64,000 bases of DNA, taken from Macrostomum lignano. Lineage: Eukaryota. Positions 53,313-64,000 of the stretch are shown one piece after another. Position 1 is the stretch's first letter. Each line of letters begins with the position of its first letter. The DNA is taken from positions 10,054 to 74,053 of the forward strand of contig NIVC01003843.1 of assembly GCA_002269645.1 (NCBI GenBank), read 5' to 3'. The position numbers were made by a program, and so were the translations under genes. The notes beneath the pieces are model-generated. The model saw nothing but the letters and a program-made list of their open reading frames with translations. It did not search any database and had not been told where the DNA came from.

Positions 53313-54085
53313 CTCTGATCTCACTCTCCGATCTCACTCTCCGATCTCACTCTCCGATCTCACTCTCCGATCTCACTCTCCGATCTCACTCTCCGATCTC
53401 ACTCTCCGATCTCACTCTCCGATCTCACTCTCCGATCTCACTCTCCGATCTCACTCTCCGATCTCACTCTCCGATCTCACTCTCCGATCTCACTCTCCGA
53501 TCTCACTCTCCGATCTCACTCTCCGATCTCACTCTCCGATCTCACTCTCCGATCTCACTCTCCGATCTCACTCTCCGATCTCACTCTCCGATCTCACTCT
53601 CCGATCTCACTCTCCGATCTCACTCTCCGATCTCACTCTCCGATCTCACTCTCCGATCTCACTCTCCGATCTCACTCTCCGATCTCACTCTCCGATCTCA
53701 CTCTCCGATCTCACTCTCCGATCTCACTCTCCGATCTCACTCTCCGATCTCACTCTCCGATCTCACTCTCCGATCTCACTCTCCGATCTCACTCTCCGAT
53801 CTCACTCTCCGATCTCACTCTCCGATCTCACTCTCCGATCTCACTCTCCGATCTCACTCTCCGATCTCACTCTCCGATCTCACTCTCCGATCTCACTCTC
53901 CGATCTCACTCTCCGATCTCATCTCACTCTCCGATCTCACTCTCCGATCTCACTCTCCGATCTCACTCTCCGATCTCATCTCACTCTCCGATCTCACTCT
54001 GATCTTACTCTGATCTCAATCTGATCTCACTCTGATCTCAATCTGATCTCAATCTGATCTCACTCTGATCTCAATCTGATCTCAC
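53313..54085. repeat. 13-bp near-perfect minisatellite with an 11-bp tail
   Basis: (CTCCGATCTCACT)n then CTGATCTCA(C/A)T units. Confidence 0.97.
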
Positions 54086-54099
54086 CCTGGACTCACTCG

Positions 54100-54772
54100 C
54101 CAGCACCAAGGGGCTTTAGCACCAAGGGGCTTTAGCACCAAGGGGCTTTAGCACCAAGGGGCTTTAGCACCAAGGGGCTTTAGCACCAAGGGGCGCCAGC
54201 ACCAAGGGGCTTTAGCACCAAGGGGCTTTAGCACCAAGGGGCTTTAGCACCAAGGGGCTTTAGCACCAAGGGGCGCCAGCACCAAGGGGCTTTAGCACCA
54301 AGGGGCTTTAGCACCAAGGGCTTTAGCACCAAGGGGCGCCAGCACCAAGGGGCGCCAGCACCAAGGGGCGCCAGCACCAAGGGGCGCCAGCACCAAGGGG
54401 CGCCAGCACCAAGGGGCGCCAGCACCAAGGGGCGCCAGCACCAAGGGGCGCCAGCACCAAGGGGCGCCAGCACCAAGGGGCGCCAGCACCAAGGGGCTTT
54501 AGCACCAAGGGGCGCCAGCACGAAGGGGCGCCAGCACCAAGGGGCGCCAGCACCAAGGGGCGCCAGCACCAAGGGGCGCCAGCACCAAGGGGCGCCAGCA
54601 CCAAGGGGCTTTAGCACCAAGGGGCTTTAGCACCAAGGGGCTTTAGCACCAAGGGGCTTTAGCACCAAGGGGCTTTAGCACCAAGGGGCTTTAGCACCAA
54701 GGGGCGCCAGCACCAAGGGGCGCCAGCACCAAGGGGCGCCAGCACCAAGGGGCGCCAGCACCAAGGGGCGCA
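54100..54772. repeat. 16-bp minisatellite
   Basis: AGCACCAAGGGGCTTT and AGCACCAAGGGGCGCC blocks. Confidence 0.97.
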
Positions 54773-55499
54773 ACTTGATATATTGATCGCATCTTTGTTA
54801 CTCTTAAAATTCCTTTATAACGCTGAATATGGGACAGACATTACAAGATAACACTGTATGTATTGTAGAAGACGTATTAAACACCCACGCCGCCCACTTT
54901 GACCATTGAGCTTCAGAAAGGAAGCTTTATAAAAGTTATCGTGAATTTTAAAAAACGAATTTTGAATTGAGAGACTGTTGAAGCCAAATTAATGTCACGA
55001 TCGATACGGATGAAATTATATGACGATTCGACATTTATTTCCATCTTAGATCACGCCTCGCTGCTTAAAGAACGTCGATCCTTGAAAGAAATTTAAGTGG
55101 GAGAAGCCCTAATATAGGTCAGAGGCGTGGGCGGTCTGTCATATCCATTATAGCAAATTTATTATTATTTTGGAATACTAATAAAGCTTTGGGCCATTTT
55201 TAAGTCCTTACATGTATTGTACACCTCTCGTACAGCAAACCCGACGTGGCTGAGAAATATGTACTTTTACATTACACCGACGTTCAGTCGATGTACATGT
55301 GCATGTATGACGTCGTTATGTAATGTGTAAAAGTAAATTTTAATCAGAGACGTCAATAGAAGTCGGGAAACGTCAGCCGACATCGAGTTTATTGTACATG
55401 CATGCGCGCTGTGACTCATGGCTGTTTCATCCGTTCATTGATAAATTATACATATTACATGTATTGTACATACAGCCAGTGTATAAACGCGCTAATGGA

Positions 55500-57505
55500 C
55501 AGTGGAATTTACAACAAGAGCAACAAGATACGCAGTTAGCGTCACAGGGCGCGCTTCAAGGCCAGGTCGCAAATGAACGCCACGCCGCCGGCCGAATCCG
55601 GGGCGCCGGCGTCAGCCAGCAGGCAGTCGACGAAATGCCGAGTGCGGGCCTGCCCCCCCGCCGGTAGGGTGCCTGCAGCGTTGGCAGCAGCACTTCCTGC
55701 ACTTCGCGGCGCGGATGATGTAGCCTGCCAGCTGGAATCGCCGCTTGGACGGACCAGGCCGGCGCGGTGATACAAAGCCGCGTTGGTCACTCGCTCGTAG
55801 CCGATCTTGAAGGCGGCGCGCAGCAGGCCAGCGAGCGCCGAGTCAACTTGCTGCTCGAGCGACTCTGTCGGCGTCCAGGTCTCGGCGTTGTACAGCAGGA
55901 CGGTCTCGATCACCGCCTGGAACAACGCCAGACAGGGCCTCGGACTGCAGGACTGCCCTCACAGAACGAAAGGCAGCCGAGGAAAGCCCGCGGCGACGCC
56001 GCAAATCCTCGCGGACGCCGGAAACCAGACCGCCGAGGTAGACGAACTGCTGACAACGCGGAAGCTCTGTCGCCTGTCCATCAGCGCCTCGGCACAAAAT
56101 CGCTGCCTCGATGTCGTCCGGCATGCAGCGAGCACGACGGTCTTCTGCGTGTTGACCACCAGGCCGACACTCGCCGCAACAGCAACTAGCATGTCCAGTT
56201 GTCGCTGGGCGCCCTCGCAGTTGAGGACAGCAGGGCGAGGTCGTCGGCGTAGCCAGGCAACAGAAAGCCGTCGTCGTTGGTAGAAGAGCGGTCCGCAGCA
56301 CCCATTCAAGCACCAGAACGAACAGGAACGGCGCAAGCGTATCTCCCTGAAGCACCCCGGAGGATGTCTCAAAGGAAGTCCGATAGGCCGTCCGGTGTTG
56401 AAACAATAGCTTTTGTATCACGGTAAATCGCCATGATGACGGAAATCAGCTGCTCTGGCACGTTGTACGCACGGAGCACCTTTAGGAGCACAGACCTGAC
56501 GGCGACCGAGTCGAATGCCTTGATCTTGAAATCTATGAAGATGACCATCAGGATCGACTGGCGTGTCTGCGCCTCCCGATGACTCGGTGATCAGAGCCAG
56601 TATCTGCGTCACTGTTGCCGCGATGTGGCCGGAACCCATTTTACTCAGGACACAGGTAGGGATCCAGCACGGACTGCAACCGCGATAGCAGCATCCGTTT
56701 AAACAGCTTCGCAGCTCAGGACTGAAGGCAGATACCTCGATGCTCCTCAAGCCTTGTGATGCCCGGCGTCTTTAGGATTTGCGACGATGCAGTGCGCCGT
56801 GGTCCATCTCGTTGGGTGCATGCCTCGACCTCACCGGGCGAAGAGCACCGTGATTCATCACTCTGGGCGACCTCGCTAGCCACACATATGCAGTGGATGC
56901 GGAGCGCCGATCTAATGGGCCTGTTGGGCGAGTCTCACAACCTCGGCTGCATGCTGATTGTGCTAGTAGGCTGAACTCTCTCCTCTGCCGGCAACGGCAG
57001 ATCAGTCGGCAGCGTCATCTGTCTGGCAGCGGGGGTGGCGGCGCGTTGGAAATGGCGGCGAAGAACTCACGCAGCTCGTTCCTGCGCTCGACCGCAGATC
57101 GGGAGTCGCCCTCCAGGTTTAGTGAATGCGCCGCTTTCGCCCCGTCATAGCGTTGATATACATGTAGCCGACCAGGCCTTTTGGCATCGCGGGCCCAAAT
57201 TAACGGCGGAGACGGCCCGAATGGCGCGTCATCAACAGCAGCCTGCTGGCGCTGCAGATAGACACCCATCAAGGCCTTCTCTGCCTCGCGGGTTGGTCGC
57301 CTGCTCAAGCGAAGTCTCGCTTGCCGAATCGTGGGGTCGTCTTGCCCTACCGGCTGCTTTCTGTGGCGGCTCGAACTGCAGCACACACCTCCGCGTACTC
57401 GGCACCTCCACGTTTGCCGCCGAGCACAGTGATGAAAGCGCTGGCAAAACGGCTGTGCACGCCGTCCCTGATCGCGCGTGTTAGCGCCCGCGCAGTTGCC
57501 GTATA
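55500..57505 (-). mobile_element. Degenerate, 5'-truncated non-LTR retrotransposon (RTE/RTE-X-like reverse transcriptase), frameshifted
   Basis: Minus-strand RT motifs lie in shifted frames: FIDFKIKAFDSV (~56505-56540), SGVLQGDTLAPFLF (~56320-56350), YADD (56240-56251), GLVVNTQKT, FVYLGG and VIETVLLYNAETW. The clade call is an inference from motif style. Confidence 0.88.
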
Positions 57506-57837
57506 AATTAATGCATATGCAGACCACAGCCCCTATGACAAGAAAAAAGTCAAACCTTAAAATTTCGTCAAGTGAATACATATTCTGATGTTCTCTGGGC
57601 AGTTAAAGCTTACTTTAATGTTTTACAGAACATAGCGCATATTTTCTGTAATTTGTCCATTCGTGTATTAAATCGTTATTTACGAATGTTTTCATCGTCA
57701 TCATAAACTACTTCATGCTGAATTTTGAATTTTTTAAATTAAAAACAGTTGAATGATTTTTTCATTTAATAACTACTATTGCCTATAAGTTTATAATTTG
57801 GCTATAGGTGTCAAGTTCTTTTCTTCCACTTTCACCA

Positions 57838-57903
57838 ATGCAAATGACGTCGAATTCTACCGTTAAAAAATATCTGAAAGCTGCTGAGGATGCTGCTGAT
57901 GAG
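57838..57903 (+). CDS. SURF4: SURF4 exon 1 (absent from the ORF track)
   Basis: MQMTSNSTVKKYLKAAEDAADE|GTAGTG, phase 0; matches SURF4 N-terminal AEDFADQ. Confidence 0.82.
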
Positions 57904-59714
57904 GTAGTGAATGTCTTATTCTTTATTTAAGTTATTAATTGACATTATAAATGTAGGTCCTAATATAATATGAGCATATTATAATCATCAATACTTATTG
58001 AGCCAGTTAAAAGCGTAGCAAAGAGCTAAAGCATAACTAATGTAACTAACACTGAGTCGAGTATGAATATTTATAATTCAGTTGTTTTTTATTTCAGTAT
58101 TTAATTTCTAAGATCTGATCCTGACTGAATAGGCCCTAAGTTGATTTGAAATATAATATTAAGAAAACAGATTTAAAGTATAATTATCAGAATAAATCTT
58201 AAAACTTAATGCTTAAGGGAAGGTATGTTTTAAGAATCAATAGTATTACTTAAAGTGTATTATTAGTAATTTTTAAATTAGTATGATCAATCAAATCAAA
58301 TATTTATATTTTACATATAATGCCTTTATAATTTTATATTAGGCCTAAATTAGATAGGTCATGGGTCCTTAACATGCATTGTTGATAAATTTGATTTCTA
58401 GACTAGGCCTTTGGCTTTATGTTATGTTATTGACTATTTATATGTTAAAAATTGTATAAAAAACAAAGCATATTAAGAGGATACATGTAAGACTAAGACC
58501 ATAGTTTAGAAGGTGACATGTATGCCGGGATTTCCTGGTGTTCTACAAGGGTCTTTCCATTTTTTAGCATACATTAGGGTATATCCTGGTATATATAACA
58601 TAGTAAATACATTGTGCCAATGACAAATTTTTGTATTGGCAATACAAACCCTGTGTTTAAACAAGGTCTTGTCATTTTTTCTGGCATTAAACCTAGCATA
58701 TACTAATACACAATCCAAACTATGGATATAGGATAACAAAGGCAAGAATAGCTTATATTTGTAAGTGTTTTTTTACAAGCTAATATGTTAAAATCTATAG
58801 ATTTTATACCTGTTGCAAAACTCCAATTCTTATCCCAAGTAGAACTTTTTGTATGCATTTTGAAATATAAAGTCGTACTAAAAAGATCTTTGCTAATAGT
58901 TAAGGAAGAATAAGCTAAATTTGGATAAGATTTGGGTTAAAGTGAGCTAGTTCACTCAGGGAGTTCAATACACGATGAGTGCAATATTAATAAGTTATAG
59001 ATAGGGCCTATTTGCATTATTGTATTAAGAAACACATTTAGGTACGTCTATTTTGTTGTTAACAAATTTGCTTAAAGACTTGTTTTAACTATTGACAAGT
59101 TAGATATTGACAAATTTAGTATAACCCAATTGGGTCTATGCTATTAAGCCAAAACTTTATTTATTACTAGATTGGCAATTACCAATTAAATATTATCTAA
59201 ATACTAATACTAATAGCCTACTTAAAATTGTGAAGATGCTTCATTATATAATTCTTTCACATTTGTTCATTCACTAAAACTATGAAAATTGTGAAGAACA
59301 TAGCTAAATTATAAAGTAAAGTAGCATTTGTAATTATCAAATTGTGGAAATTGTGCATTTTTAAACAAATATATATTTTTAACTATCAAATAGCATTTGA
59401 TTTAATTTGAAATTATATAAAATTTTAATTACTTTAAGATTTCAAATGGAAATTGAATAGCTAGTAATAACTTTGTTACTTAACATTTTTTTTCAAATAA
59501 GATAAATAGAACTTTTGGCTATTAATATGATTCTTTATCAAATCTCTTATCTATTGATCTATAAATTTATCTTTAAATCAATTGGCATCTCAGCAACTCC
59601 CCATTGAGCTTTGACATCTCAGCTAATATTGCAATGTTTGTAATTAGAATATTGCAGAATTGAATTAGTTTAAATCGTCCTAAAAAATCTCCAATCGATT
59701 GATTACTCTCTCAG

Positions 59715-60190
59715 GTGCAACGCAGAGGCAAGCACATCTTGCCTACAGTGTCTCGACTATTGCTGCTAAGCACCTATCTAGAGGATGGGGTCCGCATGCT
59801 AACCCACTGGAGCATGCAGGCCAATTATGTGTCTCGCGAATGGAACGTGTTTGCTCTTCTGGGCCACCTGTTTGTGCTGATCAACATGATCTGCCAGCTG
59901 GTTGGCAGCGGTTTAGTACTGGCTAGAGTTCAAGTGCCAATCGCTTGCGCAATCCTTGGCGGAAATACTCTGATGCAGATTATTGTGTATAAAATTATAT
60001 TCGAGGACTTCAGCTACCTGTTGCGCCTTGTGGCCATCACTGGCGGCCTGCTGCTGCTCTACGTTGAGTCGCAGAACGAAGGTCGTGTCGTATTTGGCGG
60101 CCTACCGTCAATCAGCGAGAACAAGCCGAAGCGGTGGCTGCAACTGTCTGGCAGGCTGCTGTTGGTGCTCATGCTTGTCAGCCTTGTGAG
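59715..60190 (+). CDS. SURF4: SURF4 exon 2
   Basis: ctctcag|VQRRGKHILPTVSRLLLLSTYLEDGVRM...PKRWLQLSGRLLLVLM, donor AG|GTGAGG. Confidence 0.95.
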
Positions 60191-60269
60191 GTGAGGGGTT
60201 TGGTGAAATCACCTTGCCCGGATTCTTGTCTTGTCATCTGTCATCCCAGGTCCTCATGATGTAGTCGCT

Positions 60270-60680
60270 GCCCACCCTCCCAGATCCTCAGTTGCTGGGC
60301 AACCTCCCAGAGTGTCAGTTGCTGGGCCAGCCTCCCAGATCCTCAGTCAGTTGCTGGGCCAGCCTCCCAGAGTGTCAGTTGCTGGGCCAGCCTCCCAGAT
60401 CCTCAGTCAGTAGCTGGGCCAGCCTCCCAGATCCTCAGTCAGTTGCTGGGCCAGCCTCCCAGAGTGTCAGTTGCTGGCCAGCCTCCCAGAGTGTCAGTTG
60501 CTAGGCCAGCCTCCTAAATCCTTAGTTGCTGGGCAACCTCCCAGAGTGTCAGTTGCTGGGCCAGCCTCCCAGATCCTCAGTCAGTAGCTGGGCCAGCCTC
60601 CCAGATCCTCAGTCAGTTGCTGGGCCAGCCTCCCAGAGTGTCAGTTGCTGGGCCAGCCTTCCAGAGTGTCAGTTGCAGAA
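60270..60680. repeat. ~28-32 bp minisatellite, dispersed family A (SURF4 intron 2)
   Basis: CAGTTGCTGGGCCAGCCTCCCAGA units. Confidence 0.95.
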
Positions 60681-60689
60681 CCACAGCCT

Positions 60690-60980
60690 CCCAGATCCCC
60701 ATAGAGTCGGCAGATCCCTCTCAGATCCCCATAGAGTCGGCAAATCCCTCTCAGATCCCCATAGAGTCGGCAAATCCCCCTCAGATCCCCATAGAGTCGG
60801 CAAATCCCCCTCAGATCCCCATAGAGTCGGCAAATCCCTCTCAGATCCCCATAGAGTCGGCAAATCCCCCTCAGATCCCCATAGAGTCGGCAAATCCCCC
60901 TCAGATCCCCATAGAGTCGGCAAATCCCCCTCAGATCCCCATAGAGTCGGCAAATCCCCCTCAGATCCCCATAGAGTCAT
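60690..60980. repeat. 30-bp minisatellite (SURF4 intron 2)
   Basis: TCAGATCCCCATAGAGTCGGCAAATCCCCC units. Confidence 0.95.
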
Positions 60981-61016
60981 CAAATCCCTTCATAAAGTCC
61001 CAATGCGCCCCAGCAG

Positions 61017-61308
61017 ATTCCAAGAAGGCCTGGACATCCTGGTTTCGCTAATCTCCCTAATCGCTGCCGCGCTAATCGCCATCGGGTTTAAAACTCGGCC
61101 AGTGGCCCTCGGCGCCGCTGTGCTCCTATTCGTTCTGAACCTGTTCTCCCACCCGTTCTGGTCGTTCAACGAAAAGCACTTGGAGATGCTGCGCGATTTT
61201 GTTAAATACGATTTCTTTCAAACCCTGTCGGCTGTTGGCGGCCTGCTCATGATTGTGGCCGTCGGGCCCGGTGACGTGAGCCTGGATCAGCGCAAGAAGG
61301 ATTGGTAA
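61017..61308 (+). CDS. SURF4: SURF4 exon 3 (surfeit locus protein 4 / Erv29 ER cargo receptor; 277 aa in total)
   Basis: cagcag|A FQEG...AIGFKT...DFVKYDFFQTLSAVGGLL...GPGDVSLDQRKKDW-TAA, ending in a C-terminal di-lysine ER-retrieval motif. Confidence 0.96.
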
Positions 61309-61584
61309 ATTAAAGTGCAGAACGCAGTCTGGCTTGTGCGAGTTCTTGACGGTATAATTTTGTTGCTTACTCGGTGTTGCTTCTGTTTGTTTGTGTTTGT
61401 GTGTGTCTTTGTTGCCTGTTTGTTTTTCTTCTGCTTGCTCCTAGTAGCTTATCCGTTACAGATGGTTGTCTATACCGACTGTAACCCCCCTTCTGTCATC
61501 TTAGTTTTTACCCGACGTAACATATACGGTTGTGTGCTTTTCGATTTTAGAAAGATAGATAGATACATTCGGATTGAATAGTTT

Positions 61585-61850
61585 AGGGATTTCAACATTC
61601 TTGAGGATTTGAGAATAGGGATTTTAAATTTTTGGGATTTGACAATTGGGATTACAATTTTTTTGGGATTTGAGAATAGGAATTTCAATTTTTGGGAATC
61701 TGAGAATTAGGATTTCAAATTTTGGGAGATTTGAGAACAGTAGGAATTTCAAATTTTTGGAAAAAGGGATTTCAAATTTATGGGATTTGAAAATCGGGAT
61801 TTCAATTTTTTGGGATTTGACAATTGGGATTTCAAATTTTCGGTATTTAG
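61585..61850. repeat. Degenerate GGGATTT-core repeat
   Basis: GGGATTTCAA...TTTGGGATTTGA units. Confidence 0.75.
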
Positions 61851-62679
61851 AAATTGAATTGTTTCAAGTTTTTTTAAGAAATAAAATGTAGAAGTTTTTA
61901 GAATTTGAGAAATTCCATTTTACATGTTAGTGAATAATTTTCATTTGATTTTATTAATTATTTAGAATTTAGAAGTGATCTTAGAAGTAATAAAGAACTA
62001 GTCAGATTAATTAGCGAGTTTAGAATAACTCATAGAAGCTTTGTGGTTCCTAGTTGTCATATATTTCGTATACAATGCGATATCAATAGTGATTTATAAC
62101 ATTTTTGACATTTTTATTACTCTGCTTGCGTTATCAAGTTGTCGGCATGAATAGAAATTAATTCTCATAGATGCTATGTATTTCAATAATTAGTTGATGT
62201 GTTTCTCAGAAAACAAACAGTTTCTGTATCGAATATTTTGTGCCCATTGCTAATTGGAAAGTAATGCTTTATTTGTTTGTCATTCTGTTTGTCTTTTTGA
62301 ACGGGAACAAATTAATAACGCCTGTTGCTAGGAGTTATTTATAGTCTTAGAAAATTTAATTCTCTCTTCGAATGCAGGTTTCGGGTTCTTCAGTATTGTG
62401 CTTTTAATCAAAGTGTAATCTTGTTTGTCATTTCAAAGTTAATCAAAATATTCTTCGAAATCAAAATTTCTTTCTTTGTTAAAAAATGCTTTGTATTTTC
62501 TCCGTTCGGTCAAGCATTGACATTATATAACCATAACCATATATACATATATGGATATTTACATCTCAATATTATTTGTAACTTTATTGTCCGCTACTCT
62601 GTCTCTCCATATCTATGCATAAAAATTATTTCAAAATATATATTTAGTAAAATCAAGGTTTTTAAGTCAAGCCGATGAC

Positions 62680-62687
62680 AAGAGAGA

Positions 62688-62752
<65 letters not shown>
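62680..62752. repeat. (GA)n microsatellite
   Basis: Direct reading. Confidence 0.96.
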
Positions 62753-62753
<1 letters not shown>

Positions 62754-64000
62754 TTGCTGAGACTGACAATTGAGCTGGTGTTCGTTCTTACAGTTAATTG
62801 TCTTATATTTGTTGAACAAAATGGCATTTGGAAATTTTGTGTTTCTTGCTCAGTTTTTCATTTAAACACGCTACGTTTATTACTTTTCATGGCCGAGTGA
62901 AAGTAGACAGTGAAGTAAATTTGTCAGAAATGAATTAATACTGATGTCTGGACTAATGCCAAGAGCTGTTAGATACAGAAGCCTGTTAAATATAGAAATA
63001 CGAGTTAAAATAAGGAAAATCCTACTAATTAGACATTTAAACCAGGATTCAACCTGTTAATGTACTTTACAGAAGTCATTTTCTTATCTATATTGAGAAT
63101 TTTTTCTGGCGGTTTCAAGTCAAGGACTACTCTCAAGTAGAAGCTGACGGAAAAGTACGTTTCTTGGGTAAAATGTAGAATGCGGGGTTTAGCGAAAAAT
63201 ACACTACGGTGATAGGAGGTTTTCATTTTTTCAGCACAAAAATTGTTATTGCTTTTGATATTCGTAAAGATTTTCGTTTATAATCAATGTATAGGATTAT
63301 GTTCACTTTGTATCCTAAGCAATCAATCCGGAAAAGCAGAGCTTCGTATCAAAAGACAAACATTGGGTCTGCCTCCTATCAAAAGCAATGTTTTTCTTTC
63401 GGGGTCTCCCCGCTCTCGGACCGCTTTCAGTAGCATTTCAAGAATTTTTCCAATCTTTTTTCGCGCACTCCGGATTTGTCTGCTCTTCCGTCCCTGATTC
63501 CACTATGGATTGACGGCGTCTCCATAGGCTTGGGTTAGTAGCACCAATAAGGTTTTCCCCAGGCCACGACGTCAGGTTTTAACCCGGACTGCTTGGGCTA
63601 TATGTATATACCCCTGGTAGATGTGCCCCCCCCCTCAGCGGCAAAGCCCTTCCTTGGGCTGATACGCGGGAGCGCCTGAGCTACCCACCTCGTTTAACAA
63701 CAACAAAACCTGTCTGCTAAATTTTCCCAGAAACGAGTCCAGCTTGTTTCAAGTTGCAAAAGTACACAGCTAGTTGGTAGTGCCGACCCCGGCGGACGAA
63801 CAGAAAATCTTTTCACTCAAATTGAACCCGAGAAATAATTGCAATTGTGAAAATTGCCCTCGAAAATGACCCCACGAATGGATTTTCCGTCTGACCGATC
63901 GGATTAATAACAGGTGGAGAGTCTTGTGTGTCTTGCAAGCTCCATCAAAGCAGAATTTGAAGCAGAAAAGATTGTATCCGATTTGAACAAAAAACTTAAT

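Noticed and set aside
57015-57581. Independent 188-aa minus-strand membrane protein
   Set aside because: It is contiguous with and in the same orientation as the decayed RT, so it is best explained as retrotransposon ORF2 remnant plus flanking read-through.
63640-63700. HDV-like ribozyme (GCCC-TTCCTT-GGGC hairpin)
   Set aside because: The loop does not fit the L3 consensus, and I found no P1 or P2 partner strands.

Overview
Eukaryotic (metazoan invertebrate) genomic DNA, not prokaryotic. GC-rich exons, minisatellite-stuffed introns and orphan acceptors before start codons suggest a free-living flatworm such as Macrostomum; this is an inference. The window holds three + strand genes. (1) A complete TRRAP/Tra1 PIKK-family pseudokinase gene, which I reconstructed by hand as 30 coding exons from 2448 to 40591 with all splice phases consistent, 11766 nt (3921 aa plus stop) and one GC-AG intron. 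(2) A two-exon gene for an unrecognised secreted protein (46678-48336, 321 aa), whose single intron is made entirely of tetranucleotide repeats. (3) A three-exon SURF4/Erv29 gene (57838-61308, 277 aa). Mobile DNA includes a 396-bp hAT-like MITE with TIRs and an 8-bp TSD, a decayed RTE-like non-LTR retrotransposon (55.5-57.5 kb, minus strand) and tRNA-derived SINE-like heads. About 40 tandem-repeat arrays are present, and almost every long intron carries its own. Several arrays are built from splicing signals: a (CTAA)n branch-point/ACUAAY array, an array of decoy acceptors each followed by an in-frame TGA, and a (GTTA)n intron whose donor and acceptor are themselves repeat units. Most long ORFs in the supplied track are artefacts of these repeats.
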